DNA of 23,921 bases from Chiloscyllium plagiosum (GCF_004010195.1 NC_057718.1:66659351-66683271), one strand, 5' to 3'. Shown: positions 9,933-20,910, counted from the stretch's first letter. A program made the numbers and translations. Notes: generated by a model from the letters alone, not told the origin.

Positions 9933-10759
9933 TTGTAGCCTACAGGTGACACTTTTAAAGCTACCTATGATTACTTCTGCTTCACAGGTATGCCTATAAC
10001 TAATCTGTAATGATGTGGTAAAGATTGCTTGTAGCCAAGATTTGTATCCCACAGAGTTGAGCATTGCATGCATTTCAATGCAATGAAATATGATTACAGA
10101 ATTCTTCAATCTGTACCATATAAGTGCTTGATTAATGTAATTGTCACATCGTTAACCTGTGTGCTCTATAGAAAAGTTACTCTGCAAACCTCAGGTGTGG
10201 TCCTAACCATTTTCCATTATTATGATTTCGATGAGTATGAAAGGCGATGCAGATCTTGCTTGAAAGAATATGTCACAGGCTCATTAAGCAACCTACCTGG
10301 ACCTCCATGTCCTTTTCTTCCTTGTATTCCCTATCGAGTCCATCAGTACTGAGCTTCCACATGTTCCCATCCAACTTTTAAATTTAAATCTTCAACTCCC
10401 AATAATACATCCTGAGCCCCAGTCCCATAGCTTGGCCATGGCATCAATCATGCTGTGTTGTCCTCATTCTGAAGCCAGACTCAATCCCACCATTCTCAGT
10501 GCATTGATGGTCATAGGTTATCACAATCATCACACATTTTTATATTGAGTTGTTCCCCTTCGTTATTAGTATTATTCCCATTGCATCTCACCATGCTGCC
10601 TTCATTCCCAAAATTGACCTCCCAACTTCCCTGCCACAGCTGTGGCTTTTGAGAACTCCTTTGATTTTCATTGAACAGACTGCATTTTATTAACATAGTC
10701 CCTACAAATCAGATGACTCCACCAATCAAAGTCCACTTTCCATCAATCAACACTCTTCT

Positions 10760-11304
10760 TACGTTAGGGCCCAGGTGTCCTTGGAGAAGGAGCACGTGGT
10801 GTCAACCAACACCCTGGAGTTGTTCAGGGAGAGGTGGGCGCCGCAGGGAGTGGAGTGCATCATTTCTCCCTCCAACTCCATTTTGATTTAGTCCCTACCC
10901 TCCCCTTCACTGTTTTGATCACACAGCACTGCCCTTTGATGTGAAGGGCAGTGTTTGTCACTGGCCACCCAGGTGTTTTCCTATCTTCCTGGTGGTGAAA
11001 ATTGAATAAAGATTCGTGCACTTTGTGTCTTTCACTGTGTCTCACACCTGCACACGCACACCATGGGTGCTGGGGAAAAAATAAGCACTACTGCACTTAG
11101 GTGGTAGTGTGGGGGTTAAAATAAAAAGAAAAATATAAATATACATGATGTCACTGGCCACCCGGGTGTTTTCCTATCTTCCTGGTGGTGGAAATTGAAT
11201 AAAGATTCGTGCACTTAATAAAAAGAAAAAATAAATAAACAATAACAAAATAAATAAACAGGAGTGGGGGTGTCCTTGAAGAAGGAGCACGCGGTAAAAA
11301 AAAA
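10760..11304 (+). mobile_element. Tx1/L1-clade non-LTR element, extreme 3' end (ORF2 C-terminus and 3' UTR)
   Basis: 10760-10891 translates YVRAQVSLEKEHVVSTNTLELFRERWAPQGVECIISPSNSILI-stop (F..RW motif that I recall from Tx1-like ORF2 ends); followed by AATAAA signals, A-rich tracts and a terminal A9; imperfect flanking repeat aaacact(c)ttct. Confidence 0.65.
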
Positions 11305-11584
11305 CACTTCTCTCATGCATTATAAATGTTGGTTTTCTCCTGAAATCGCTCTGCTTGCACATTTTCCTGTGGACCTCAAACTGAAAAGCTTTGACAAAAT
11401 GTGACTTCTTTCAAATGTCTCCATGTTATAGTCTTAATATTGAAAAAAAAGTTCCATGTTAAGTGTGTAGCCAATGGGGAAAAACATTTCAAACACTTTT
11501 CTTTTTACCAGAAGTAGTTTTTACGTGTAAAACTTTTATAAGACACCTTCTCGATGGTTAGGAGGCTAAGTCTATTATTTCTGA

Positions 11585-11712
11585 TTTGGAGATGCAGTGT
11601 TGGACTGGGGTGTACAAAGTTAAAAATCAGACAGCACCATGTTATAGTCCAACAGGTTTATTTGGAAACACTAGCTTTCAGAGCACAGCTCTTTCATCAG
11701 GTGGTTGTGGAG
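11585..11712 (-). mobile_element. Second copy of the Penelope-like family at 8136, with hammerhead-like core
   Basis: tacaaagttaaaaatca...ccaacaggttta shared with 8136-8228; minus strand 11703-11669: CAC-CUGAUGA-A-AGAGC-UGU-GCUCU-GAAA-GC-UA-GUG. Confidence 0.8.
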
Positions 11713-11876
11713 TATAACTTATAGTCATGTAATTCCACAGTATAAAATTGGCCTTATCAGCATGCTTTATAAATAGGACCCAAGGTGTTTGTTCAGTGTG
11801 CAAACTGATGCCAAATTAGGGCACATTACAGCCATCCTGTGGGATAATGCCTATTCTGATCAGATCATTTGTTGTT

Positions 11877-11917
11877 GAATATCCCATAGACTCCTGAAGA
11901 ATATCCCATAGACTCCT
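11877..11917. repeat. Direct duplication of the 19-mer gaatatcccatagactcct, 22-bp period
   Basis: Copies at 11877-11895 and 11899-11917. Confidence 0.9.
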
Positions 11918-12029
11918 ATATTTGAAGAATATAGAATCTACCTCTGATTAGCTATCTCAAAAGTTTGAGATATAGCACAAGCAAACTATTTCATGTTGCT
12001 ACTATGTAGTAGCAGCATAATTAGTGTTC

Positions 12030-12808
12030 ATGAAGCATTTCGGAGAGACCATTCTGTCCGCGATTCCCTTCCCACGCCCCCCACCAGCCCATTCCCCACT
12101 CCCAGCACCTCCCCTTGCCATTGCAAGAAGTGCAAAGCCAGTGTCCTCACCTCTGTCCAAGGTCCCAAAGGATCCTTCCACCTCTGACAGAAATTTACCT
12201 GTGCGCGACTCATCATCTACTGTATCTGTTGCACCCGATATGTTCTCCTCCATATTGCAACGTTGGTGTCCTGTCTGTCCGATTATTTCTGAGACACCCA
12301 CACCAAGCAACCCCACTTCCCGTGGCTGAACACTTCAACTACCCCCACCCCCCCACAAAGGACATGCAGGTCCTGAGCTACCTCCATCGCCAAACCCTAA
12401 CCACCCGATGCCTGGAGAAAGAATGCCTCGTCTTCTTCCTTAGGACCCTGAATGCATATGAGGTCAATGTGGATTTCACCAGTTTCCTTATTTCCCCTCC
12501 CCCACCTTATCCCAGTCCCAAGCCTTCAACTCAGCATCTTTCTTCCTACCTATTCGCTTCACCCTCCTCTCCGACCTATCACTTGCACTCCCACTTTCAT
12601 CTACCTATTGCATTCCCAGCTACCTTTCCACCCCACGCCTCTCCAATTTATATCTCAGCCCCCCTGCCCACAAGCCTCATTCCTGATGAAGGGCTTATGC
12701 CCAAAACATTGATTCCCCTGCTGCATGGATGCTGCCTGACATACTGTGCTTTTCCAGCACCACAGTCTTGACTTTTGATCTCCAGCATCTGCAGTCCTTG
12801 TCTTCTCC
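12030..12808 (+). mobile_element. Penelope-like element 3' fragment: decayed GIY-YIG endonuclease region and pLTR
   Basis: Frame pieces AFRRDHSVRDSL, PCHCKKCK..TSVQGPKGSFH, IYCICCTR, PVAEHFN..HP..DMQVL..LH, RCLEKECLVFFLRTL; pLTR with ctgatgaagggcttatgcccaaaac (GAAA mutated to AAAA) near 12683. Confidence 0.85.
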
Positions 12809-13049
12809 CAGTTCACTATCAACAGGTTTGTTGAAGTTGTGGCTTTCAAGAGGTTATTTACCTAAATAAATAAATTGAAAAAAAAGTCCTGTACAGTACC
12901 CTGGATTAACTCGAGTCCAATGTTAAAATGTTGGAATAATGTCAGGAAACATACCTTCCAATGGAAGATTATTACCTGGAAGGATCTACCAGGCTGAGCA
13001 ATGCAGGTGAAATATATCATGTACGTCCAACAGCCAGTTGCAATCATAA

Positions 13050-13330
13050 AAATAAAAATGTCCCATAGTATTTCAAAAAAGCATAAGGAAAAATTGAATA
13101 TGATCAAAATCTTGGTCAATATGTGGGATTAAAGAAAGACCTTGAAAAGAGGAAAGAAAGGTGGCAGTTTAGAATTCCATTGTGTTACAAATTGGAGCTG
13201 AAGGAATAACTACAACCCAATGGGATAATTGGGATCCCCCAATGGACCTAATTCACAGAAGAAGGTTGAGAGTTCCTGGGAGATTGTGGGCCTGGAGTAT
13301 GCTACAGGGATAAGAAGGCAAAAGACTGAT
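13050..13330 (-). mobile_element. Old L2-like LINE 3' fragment
   Basis: Degenerate resemblance (aaaatgtccca...ggtcaa...agaattcca...agctgaagg...ttgtgggcctggag...acagggata) to elasmobranch L2 3' ends as I recall them; highly diverged. Confidence 0.4.
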
Positions 13331-13404
13331 CTAGACCAGTCATATATATAATTCAGAGCAAGAAAAGGTCGGAGTCTTGCAGTGAGTAAATCATCCCAAA
13401 ATCT

Positions 13405-13573
13405 ATCTACAAAGCACCAGTCTGTGATAAAATGTTCTCCACTTGCCTGAAAGAGTACTGCACCAACAACACTCAAAAAGTTCTACACCATCCAAGGCAA
13501 AGCAGCCTGCCAGCACCCATCACCCAAGTCAAACATTTCACATTCCCTTCACAGTGGCAACAGTGTGTACCAT
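13405..13573 (+). mobile_element. CR1/L2-group LINE ORF2 C-terminal fragment
   Basis: Translates approximately YKA...SPLA*KSTAPTTLKKFYTIQGKAA, resembling the YKA.VRS.MEYSPLAW..A.PTTLKKLDTIQ.KA motif. Confidence 0.6.
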
Positions 13574-13968
13574 GTTAGGAATACTGAGCTAAGATACATA
13601 AACAAGGTCACTGTCCGGATGTAGATACGATGTAGACAGAAAAGATTTGGATAAGTTGAAATATTGTATATGGGTGAAAGTTAGAATGGAGGAATGTAGG
13701 CAATGTAGGCTTAACTGAGACTTTCGGCAGAAGATGTACTGAATAGGGACAGAGGGATATCATATTACAATCAGCAGTTTTTATGACAAATGGATAAGGA
13801 TACAAACTCCCGTCAGGGCACATAATTCATAAACAATCCTATGAAGATGAGTGGTCAGGGGTGCATTTATTGGAAACAGTACAGAGTTTCCAGTTGATCG
13901 GACCAAGAATAATAATTTAGTTGCAAATGTTCAGCTGGAGGAAATTTAAAGTAGATTAAAAGCCGGAC

Positions 13969-14193
13969 GACTGGGGACCGGTGGTAGCATCTTTATCTCT
14001 GGGTCAGATGACTAGGTTTAAGTTCCATCTGCTCCAGAAATGTCTCCTAACACATCAGAACACGTTGGTTAAAAATAATTAGGACTCTTGTGGCCAATGG
14101 TAGTATTCCTACATATGGACCAGGAAGGCCAAGTTCAAGTTCCACCCGCTCCAGGGATGTGTTGTAACACCTCTGAATTGGTGGATTCAAAAA
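13969..14193 (+). mobile_element. Two head-to-tail copies of a short (about 110 bp) tRNA-like SINE
   Basis: Units 13969-14077 and 14082-14193 share tggtag...gtt(t/c)aagttcca(t/c)c(t/c)gctccag...taacac..c.gaa; degenerate A/B boxes; third copy at 5134-5213. Confidence 0.6.
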
Positions 14194-15416
14194 GGTGTCT
14201 ACCAGATTGGTGTCTGATAGTAGAGAAACAGTGGAATGATTAAGGAAGGTTGTGCAAGCATGTGTAGAAGCCCAACCCAGTTGTTTGGTGGGTGATATCT
14301 GCCAAATGAAGTATGTAGTTGAGGGAGAGAAGGGAGCAGAAGATGGAACATGAGTACTGCCAACACAATAGCAAGGATAAAAAGATAAACCTCAAGATGG
14401 ATCAAACTGCAATCATACAGGTAGATAAGAGACAAATGAAAATAGGTGTATTATGCTGGACAGCAGAAATGATTGTTGGAGCAGAGTGGTGTGATTATTC
14501 TGTCAAAAGCCACGAAAAGGTACAGGAAAGGCATAATCATAGTGAATTATGCTTTTTTTTGTTTAGGACTATTTTAATATTGTGAAAGAGGTAAATGAGG
14601 AAGGAACTGGGCATGAATTTATTTGCTGACAAACTATACAGGAACATTGTGAAAGAAATGGAGGTTTGAGATGAGATAATAATTTGAGAAGAAAGAAAGA
14701 TCAAGAGTTTTCTTTTTGAGAAAGGGGTGCTATTATTTCTGAAAGGAATGGGCACAGTAGTCTATTATTGGGAACCATTTACTGAATCACTTCTTATAGT
14801 AGCCAACACATGGATGCTATGATGATTGGAATCAAAGATTTCAGTGCAGGGATAAGCAAAACTGACTGGATTTAACTCTTTAATAAATTCAAGATCTTGT
14901 TGGTCTCCTTGATTCAGTTACCCACTGGATAAGTTCAGTGCTATTTGTAGTCTTTCATTTCTCACTAATGAATAAAAGTGATTTCATAAGTGGATCTGCT
15001 ATCTCATTTATTTTTTTCCATTTTCTTATTGAGTAAGCAACTGTCTTGTATTGCAATACAGGTTTACAAGTACCAGGCAACTGCTGCTTCATTTACATGG
15101 GTTGGAATAGGGAGTATAACCTAATCAATACCTCTCTTAATAAACTGTGGGCTTAGGAAGCAAAATAACTATAGTATCTACTATTTAAAAGTGGTACGTC
15201 CACTCAAAAAGTAGTTAAGTCAAAATTGGCCAAAAAATACACATTTGAACAAAAGACATTTGTGTTGATACATCATAGTTTATCCTATTTCTTAAGAGCC
15301 AGAGGAGCAGCCAGGTCCCACACACACTCCCTTGATGTTAGTTTCTTAAAGCTTCAAATATGTATTTCTGGACCATACATACAAGTACCAGGAGTTCAGT
15401 GATGTGCAATTATTGT

Positions 15417-15650
15417 ACTTCCTTACAAATATGGTGCACCAGAAAACGGAATTTTTTATAGGATATGGCAGCCCTTTTTGAATCATATAGGCATGGACTT
15501 ATCGGCTATATTGGTTAGGGTCTTTTTGTAGCCATGGGGACTGTGTCTGGTGGCCAGGGGGCCCTTGGAAGGAAGAATTCTGAACAAATACGGGTATGCC
15601 AACTGATGCTCCCGACTTAAAATAATTTAATTTGCCTTGAGTCAACTCAG
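15417..15650 (+). mobile_element. 234-bp L1 fragment, inverted duplicate of 17152-17385
   Basis: Reverse complement of 17152-17385 with about 5 substitutions and no indels counted by eye. Confidence 0.95.
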
Positions 15651-15769
15651 CCGCATTAAGTGTTGTGGTGTCTGGGATTCAGACCATACTTGAGCTCAAG
15701 TACTGAATTCAGACAAAAAAGTTGCAGAATTGTAATAAATATTTAAAATGTATCGCACATTTTCAAGGT

Positions 15770-16070
15770 ATCGCAAAATGCTTCATAGCAATTTATTAGA
15801 TGAGACATTTAGTTTCCATTCATTGTGCACAGCAGTGGGAGGATGACTAGTTGATCCACTTTGGTGTTGACTGAGAGATTAGTATTGGCCATTACATTAG
15901 GAAACTTCCTACACTTTATGAGAAAAGAATCCCTCAGGAATTTTACTTTCAACTGAACAGACAAAATGGTACATGGTTTAGTATAACATTCAAAAGATTG
16001 TTGCACCAGTGCAGCACTTCTCAGTGCTGGATTGAACAATATATGCACAAATTGAGGACTGGGACTTGGA
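15770..16070 (-). mobile_element. Ancient Deu-domain SINE (SacSINE1/AmnSINE-like), degenerate
   Basis: Ordered motifs tgtgcacagca...tattggcca...ttttac..caactga..agac...ggttta...cagtgcagcacttctcagtgctg...tgggacttg match the reverse strand of DeuSINEs as I recall the consensus. Confidence 0.6.
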
Positions 16071-16099
16071 AGTCATTCATCCTGACATAAAGAAGCTAC

Positions 16100-16565
16100 T
16101 CCTTAGGGTACAGAAAAGGTTTACCAGCATATTACTTGGTATGGGGGATTTCAGCTATGAAAAAAGGTTGGATAGACTGGGTTTGTTTTCATTGATAGGC
16201 ATGAGGTTGAGGGGCAACCTAAGAGAAGTTTGTAAGGTTGTGAATTGCATGGATAGAGTGGAAAGTATGAGGCTTTTTTTCCCAGAGTGGAAAGGTCAAT
16301 TACTAGAGGACACACGTTCAAAGTGCGGGAGTAGGGGGGGGGGGGAGGGAAGATGTTTTTCCACAAAGGATCGTGGAGTGCCTGGAATGCTTTGCCAGAG
16401 GAGGTGGTGGAAGCAGACACAATAGCAACATTCAAGAAACACCTGCCCGAATATGTGAATATGGATCTTGTAAGTGAAGACAGTTTTAGCATGGAAGGAC
16501 AAAATGCGGCAGTGCAGGCTTGGAGGCTGAAGGGCCTGTTCCTCTGCTGCATTGTTCTTTGTTCC
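16100..16565 (+). mobile_element. CR1 LINE 3' fragment
   Basis: RVQKRFTSILLGMGDFSYEKRLDRLGLFSL..MRLRGNL.EV.K and WNALPEEVVEADTIATFKKHL. Confidence 0.9.
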
Positions 16566-16816
16566 AACAATTAATTAAATGGTCATGGATCATGCTCCTG
16601 TAAAGTTCCATCATAAGGGCACTGGTGTTTTTAAAATTCACTGTGTATCCCTTTAATACTTCTCCATACAAAAATATAAAATTACTACAAAATAATAGAA
16701 CAATCTTACATTATAACAACAATAACCATAAACAAACTACTACTCTACTCCACAAACAAGCTAGGAGAAAAAAAAACTACACAAGCTGCAATTCAATAAA
16801 AAACTAAATCAAATTA

Positions 16817-17130
16817 GTGGGTGGCAGGGTGGCACCGTGGTTAGCACTGCTGCCTCACAGCGCCAGAGACCCGGGTTCAATTCCCGACTCAGGCGACTGA
16901 CTGTGTGGAGTTTGCACATTCTTCCCGTGTCTGCGTGGGTTTCATCCGGGTGCTCCGGTTTCCTCCCACAGTCCAAAGATGTGCAGGTTAGGTGAATTGG
17001 CCATGCTAAATTGCCCATAGTGTTAGGTAAAGGGGTAAATGTAGGGGAATGGGTGGGTTGCGCTTCGGCGGGTCGGTGTGGACTTGTTGGGCCGAAGGGC
17101 CTGTTTCCACACTGTAAGTAATCTAATCTA
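16817..17130 (+). mobile_element. HE1-type V-SINE
   Basis: Near-identical to 4509-4826; ends aatctaatcta. Confidence 0.92.
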
Positions 17131-17616
17131 CCAAAACAAAAAGAAACTAAACTGAGTTGACTCAAGGCAAATTAAATTATTTTACGTCGGGAGCATCAAT
17201 TGGCATACCCGTATTTGTTCAGAATTCTTCCTTCCAAGGGCCCCCTGGCCACCAGACACAGTCCTCATGGCTACAAAAAGACCCTAACCAATATAGCCGA
17301 TAAGCCCATGCCTATATGATTCAAAAAGGGCTGCCATATCCTATAAAAAGTTCCGTTTTCTGGTGCACCATATTTGTAAGGAAGTCCAGGGGGATGTGCT
17401 CCATAACTAACCTATGCCACCCTGAGAGTCCTGGGGATTTTCCAACACCCAACTCTTCAGAATGTTCTTCCTCGCACAGTGAAACAATACTAAACAATTT
17501 CTTCCCATGCGCATCCAAAGAGAAGAGAATCGGCAAACCCAAGAGAAGGGACACCAGATCTACTTTGACCTCGGTTCCCAGGACCCCTTCGAAAACACTT
17601 GCTGTGGCACCCCAAT

Positions 17617-17661
17617 ACCTAAGAAGCTTGCGGCATGACCTAAGAAGCTTGTGGCATGACC
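17617..17661. repeat. 21-bp in-frame tandem duplication inside the L1 ORF2 C-terminus
   Basis: acctaagaagcttgcggcatg / acctaagaagcttgtggcatg, giving SCHKLLR-SCRKLLR. Confidence 0.9.
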
Positions 17662-20194
17662 ACAAGCAATGAGTAAGAGTACCAACAACTATTTTATATT
17701 TGGGGCACATTGGGGATGCTCCTGTCTTAAATTTCGCAAGCAGCTCCAGTGCCAAATAAATCTTGAGGAGTACCTTCAATTGCATAGCCTGCATCCTATT
17801 GCAAATCAAATCTCCCTTACATTCTTCCAGATATCCTCCCACACCTCTGGTGAGATCTCCACCCACAATACCTGAGCCCAGATTCCACACAACCGCTCAA
17901 TGTCTTTCAAGACACTACCTCCTAATAAATGATAGAGGGCACTGACCAAGAGAGTGCCCGTAGACCAAAGCCCTCTCCTCTCTATATCTGACTTATAGGG
18001 ACTAACCATTAATGTAGTCTTTTTCTGTATGAAGTCCCTAACCTGTTGTCCATGAACAACAGATTAATGAGGGCCATTTTGCTTGGGGGTCCTTGATGTG
18101 CAGCCAAATTGACCGCAGGTCCTGGCAAACCCAATCAGCCCACAGGGTAGTAGGGAACTTAGTTGGTATTTCTAAAAGTCTGAAAACTCCACCCCTCACC
18201 AATCCCTTGCGGAAGCTGCAATTTGGCAAGCTTCATAAGAGGCTGCCTGTGACACCACATAAAAAAGCTGAATCAACTGTTAAGCCTCCGTAGCACCTGC
18301 CTGGGCAGCATCAAAGGGAGCAATCACATGGGATATAATAAACGAGGAAGAACATTCATTTTAACCAGAGCTATTCTACCCAAGCAGATATTAACGGTGA
18401 GATGGGGCACCCTTGTTAGCTGCCTCTGCCAATGCTAAAACTGTCAGACCATATACCATTAGTGATAATCGCTGCTTTAGGATCACTATATAACACTGCC
18501 ACCCACCTGGCAAAGACCCCTTCCAAGGCCAAACCGTTCCAGGACATAAAAGAGGTACAGCCACTCAACCTGGTCAAACGCTTTCTCTGCATCCAGGGAG
18601 ACTACCAAGCCCAGAATCGAACATTGCTGGCACATCATATTTAGCATTCTCCTAATATTATTAGAGAATCTGCAACCCCTAATAAAACCTGTCTGGTCCT
18701 CCTTTACAATGAAAGGCAAGACCTCCTCCAGCCTTAACGAGGGAATAAAGGGGTTGTGCCGAGGGCAATATACATTCAAGCTCCCATATTCCTCTCCATG
18801 TATTAAATCTTTGAGGATCAGAAACTGCCCACATTCATCCTTAATTTGGTCTAACAACTGAAATGGTAGATTCTTCTGAATGAGTATAGCTACTTTTCTA
18901 ATTTTTGAATTAAAGGATGAAAAATCACCCGGCCAAACCCTCCCTGTTGTAACTTTAAGTATTCCTTATCAATTAGATGTGTTTCTTGCAGCAAGACTAC
19001 ATCGACTCTTTCCTTTCTAAGGCTTGAAAGTATTTTCTTTTGCTTAATCGATGAATGACTCCCCTTAACTTTCCAGGTACACCATTTACACAAACGGTTA
19101 GCTATAGCTATCCAAAGCAGCTTGTGATCCCCCAGGAAGAAGAACCCCATTTATAGCGCGCCAAGTGAAAACAGTAAACAGTTCATATAAACTTGAAAAT
19201 ACAACTACAAAAACTACCAAATCAAAACTTCTCATAACTACTTCTACAATGAACCAACATATAACGCAAATAAGAGGAGACTTTCCCCCTTGTTCACAGG
19301 GGGCACTCATACTACTCACTAATCCCTCCATTGCTCCTTCTAACTGAAGCCACGCCCCAAACCCAGACAAAACAAAGTACATAAAAGTCACATGCATCTT
19401 ACAACAGGAAAATTAAAAGTGGGCATTCAACCCATCCCATCCACACTTTGACCCTTGGCAGTGCGCAAGCCCGGGTGGGCCTGCTCGACCCTCATCCAGT
19501 CCACCCCAACTTCCAGCTTCAAAAACTGCAGGAGACATTGTTCCAAGAAGCTGATCAGCTGACCTCCCTCTTCCCACTCTGGCAGTCCATTCAGGCAGAT
19601 ATTCTTCCCATGGCCTCAAGTTTTGAGGTCGTCGACCTGTTCGACTAAGGCCTGTAGCTGCCGTTCCAGGACCTGGACCTGGGCCTCTGAAGATTCCGCG
19701 GTTTCAGAAGCCGCAGCCCACTGCTCCACCTCTATGACATGCCACCCGATATGCTGGATCTCCTGGTCATGCTTCTGCAGCATGCTCGAGGTTGGTTCCA
19801 GCCTAGTCCAGGTCTCCTCCATCGCTGAATCAATCTTCTTTTGGAGTTTCATGAACTCCTAGACCAGGCTCTGCTCCACAGGTAAGTCCCCAGGAGCATT
19901 CGTGAAAGCAAACACCGCGGCCGCAGTTTCTGGTACTGCAGGGGAGTGCTCTGCTTGATGTGATCCTCACTATCCTTTTCCCTTAGTCATTTTTGTTTCT
20001 TTGAGAAAAGCACTGAAACTAATAACAGTTCTAGGGGTGTAAGTCCAACAATTACACCACAATGGGTAAAAAGGGAGGATGAATGCACCACTTTGTCTCG
20101 GTTTTTGGACAGAGTCAAACAGGGTAGACCTACTGGATCGCCGCCATCTTGGATCTCCAACAGGCCCTTCTTTTAAAGGTATCACATCTGAAAG

Positions 20195-20910
20195 AGTGGG
20201 GGATCTTATAGAAACATATAAATTTATGAAGGGAATAGATAAGACAGACGTAGGAAGGATGTTTCTACTGGCAGGAGAACCTAGGACAAGAGGGCATAAC
20301 CTTAAAATTAGGGGGAGCAGATTTAGGACTGAATTGAGAAGGAATTTCTTCACCCAGAGGGTTGTGAATCAATGGAATTCCCTGCCCAGTGAAGTAGTTC
20401 ACGCTACTTCATTAAATGTTTTTAAGGCTAAGATTTTTTTTTGAACAATAAAGGAATTAAGGGTTATGGTGACAAGGCGGGTAAGTGGAGTTGAGGCCAC
20501 AAAAAGATCAGCCACGGGCGGCCAGGTGGCACAGTGGTTAGCACTGCTGCCTCACAGCACCAGAGACCCAGGTTCAATTCCCGCCTCAGGCAACTGTCTG
20601 TGTAGAGTTTGCACATTCTCCCCGTGTCTGCATGGGTTTCCTCCGGGTGCTCCAGTTTCCTCCCACGGTCCAAAAATGTGCAGATTAGGTGAATTGGCCA
20701 TGTTAAATTGCCCGTAGTGTTAGGTGAAGGGGTGAATGTAGGGGAATGGGTCTGGGTCTGGGTGGGGTTGCTCTTCGGAGGGTCGGTGTGGATTTGTTGG
20801 GCCAAAGGGCCTGTTTCCACACTGTAAGTCATCTAATCTAATCATGATGCTATTGAATGGCAGAACAAGCTCAAAGGGCCAGATAGCCTAATCCTGCTGC
20901 AAGTTCTTAT
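20195..20910 (+). mobile_element. CR1 LINE 3' end, interrupted by the HE1 SINE at 20516-20842
   Basis: GDLIETYKFMKGIDKTDVGRMF..GEPRTRGHNLKIRG..FFTQRVVNQWNSLP; 3' UTR agatcagcca resumes as catgatgctattgaatggc after the SINE. Confidence 0.9.
20516..20842 (+). mobile_element. HE1-type V-SINE nested in a CR1 3' UTR
   Basis: Same A/B box, V-domain and (atcta)n tail as the other two copies. Confidence 0.92.

Larger units (their letters stand above)
16630..20158 (-). mobile_element. L1-clade LINE with both ends but internally deleted and decayed; HE1 SINE inserted in its 3' UTR
   Basis: 5' end ggagatccaagatggcggcg (YY1 motif); ORF1 start MTKGKG at 19990 and coiled coil (19616-19852); ORF2 endonuclease CTWKVKG..K..KILSSLRKERVDVVLLQETHL and LNVYCP; RT DQTGFIRG..NIRR..SLDAEKAFDQVEW.YLF.VLERFG; C-terminal knuckle CPK...THCLWSC; T-rich 3' UTR. 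Confidence 0.9.

Noticed and set aside
10068..10352. 94-aa Cys/Tyr-rich ORF
   Set aside because: No recognisable domain and no convincing splice-site pair
12115..12771. Longest ORF in the window (218 aa)
   Set aside because: Frameshifted read-through of a decayed Penelope endonuclease region and pLTR; not an intact protein
19970..20444. Overlapping 127-aa and 121-aa ORFs
   Set aside because: Accidental chimeras of the L1 5' UTR and the adjacent CR1 fragment
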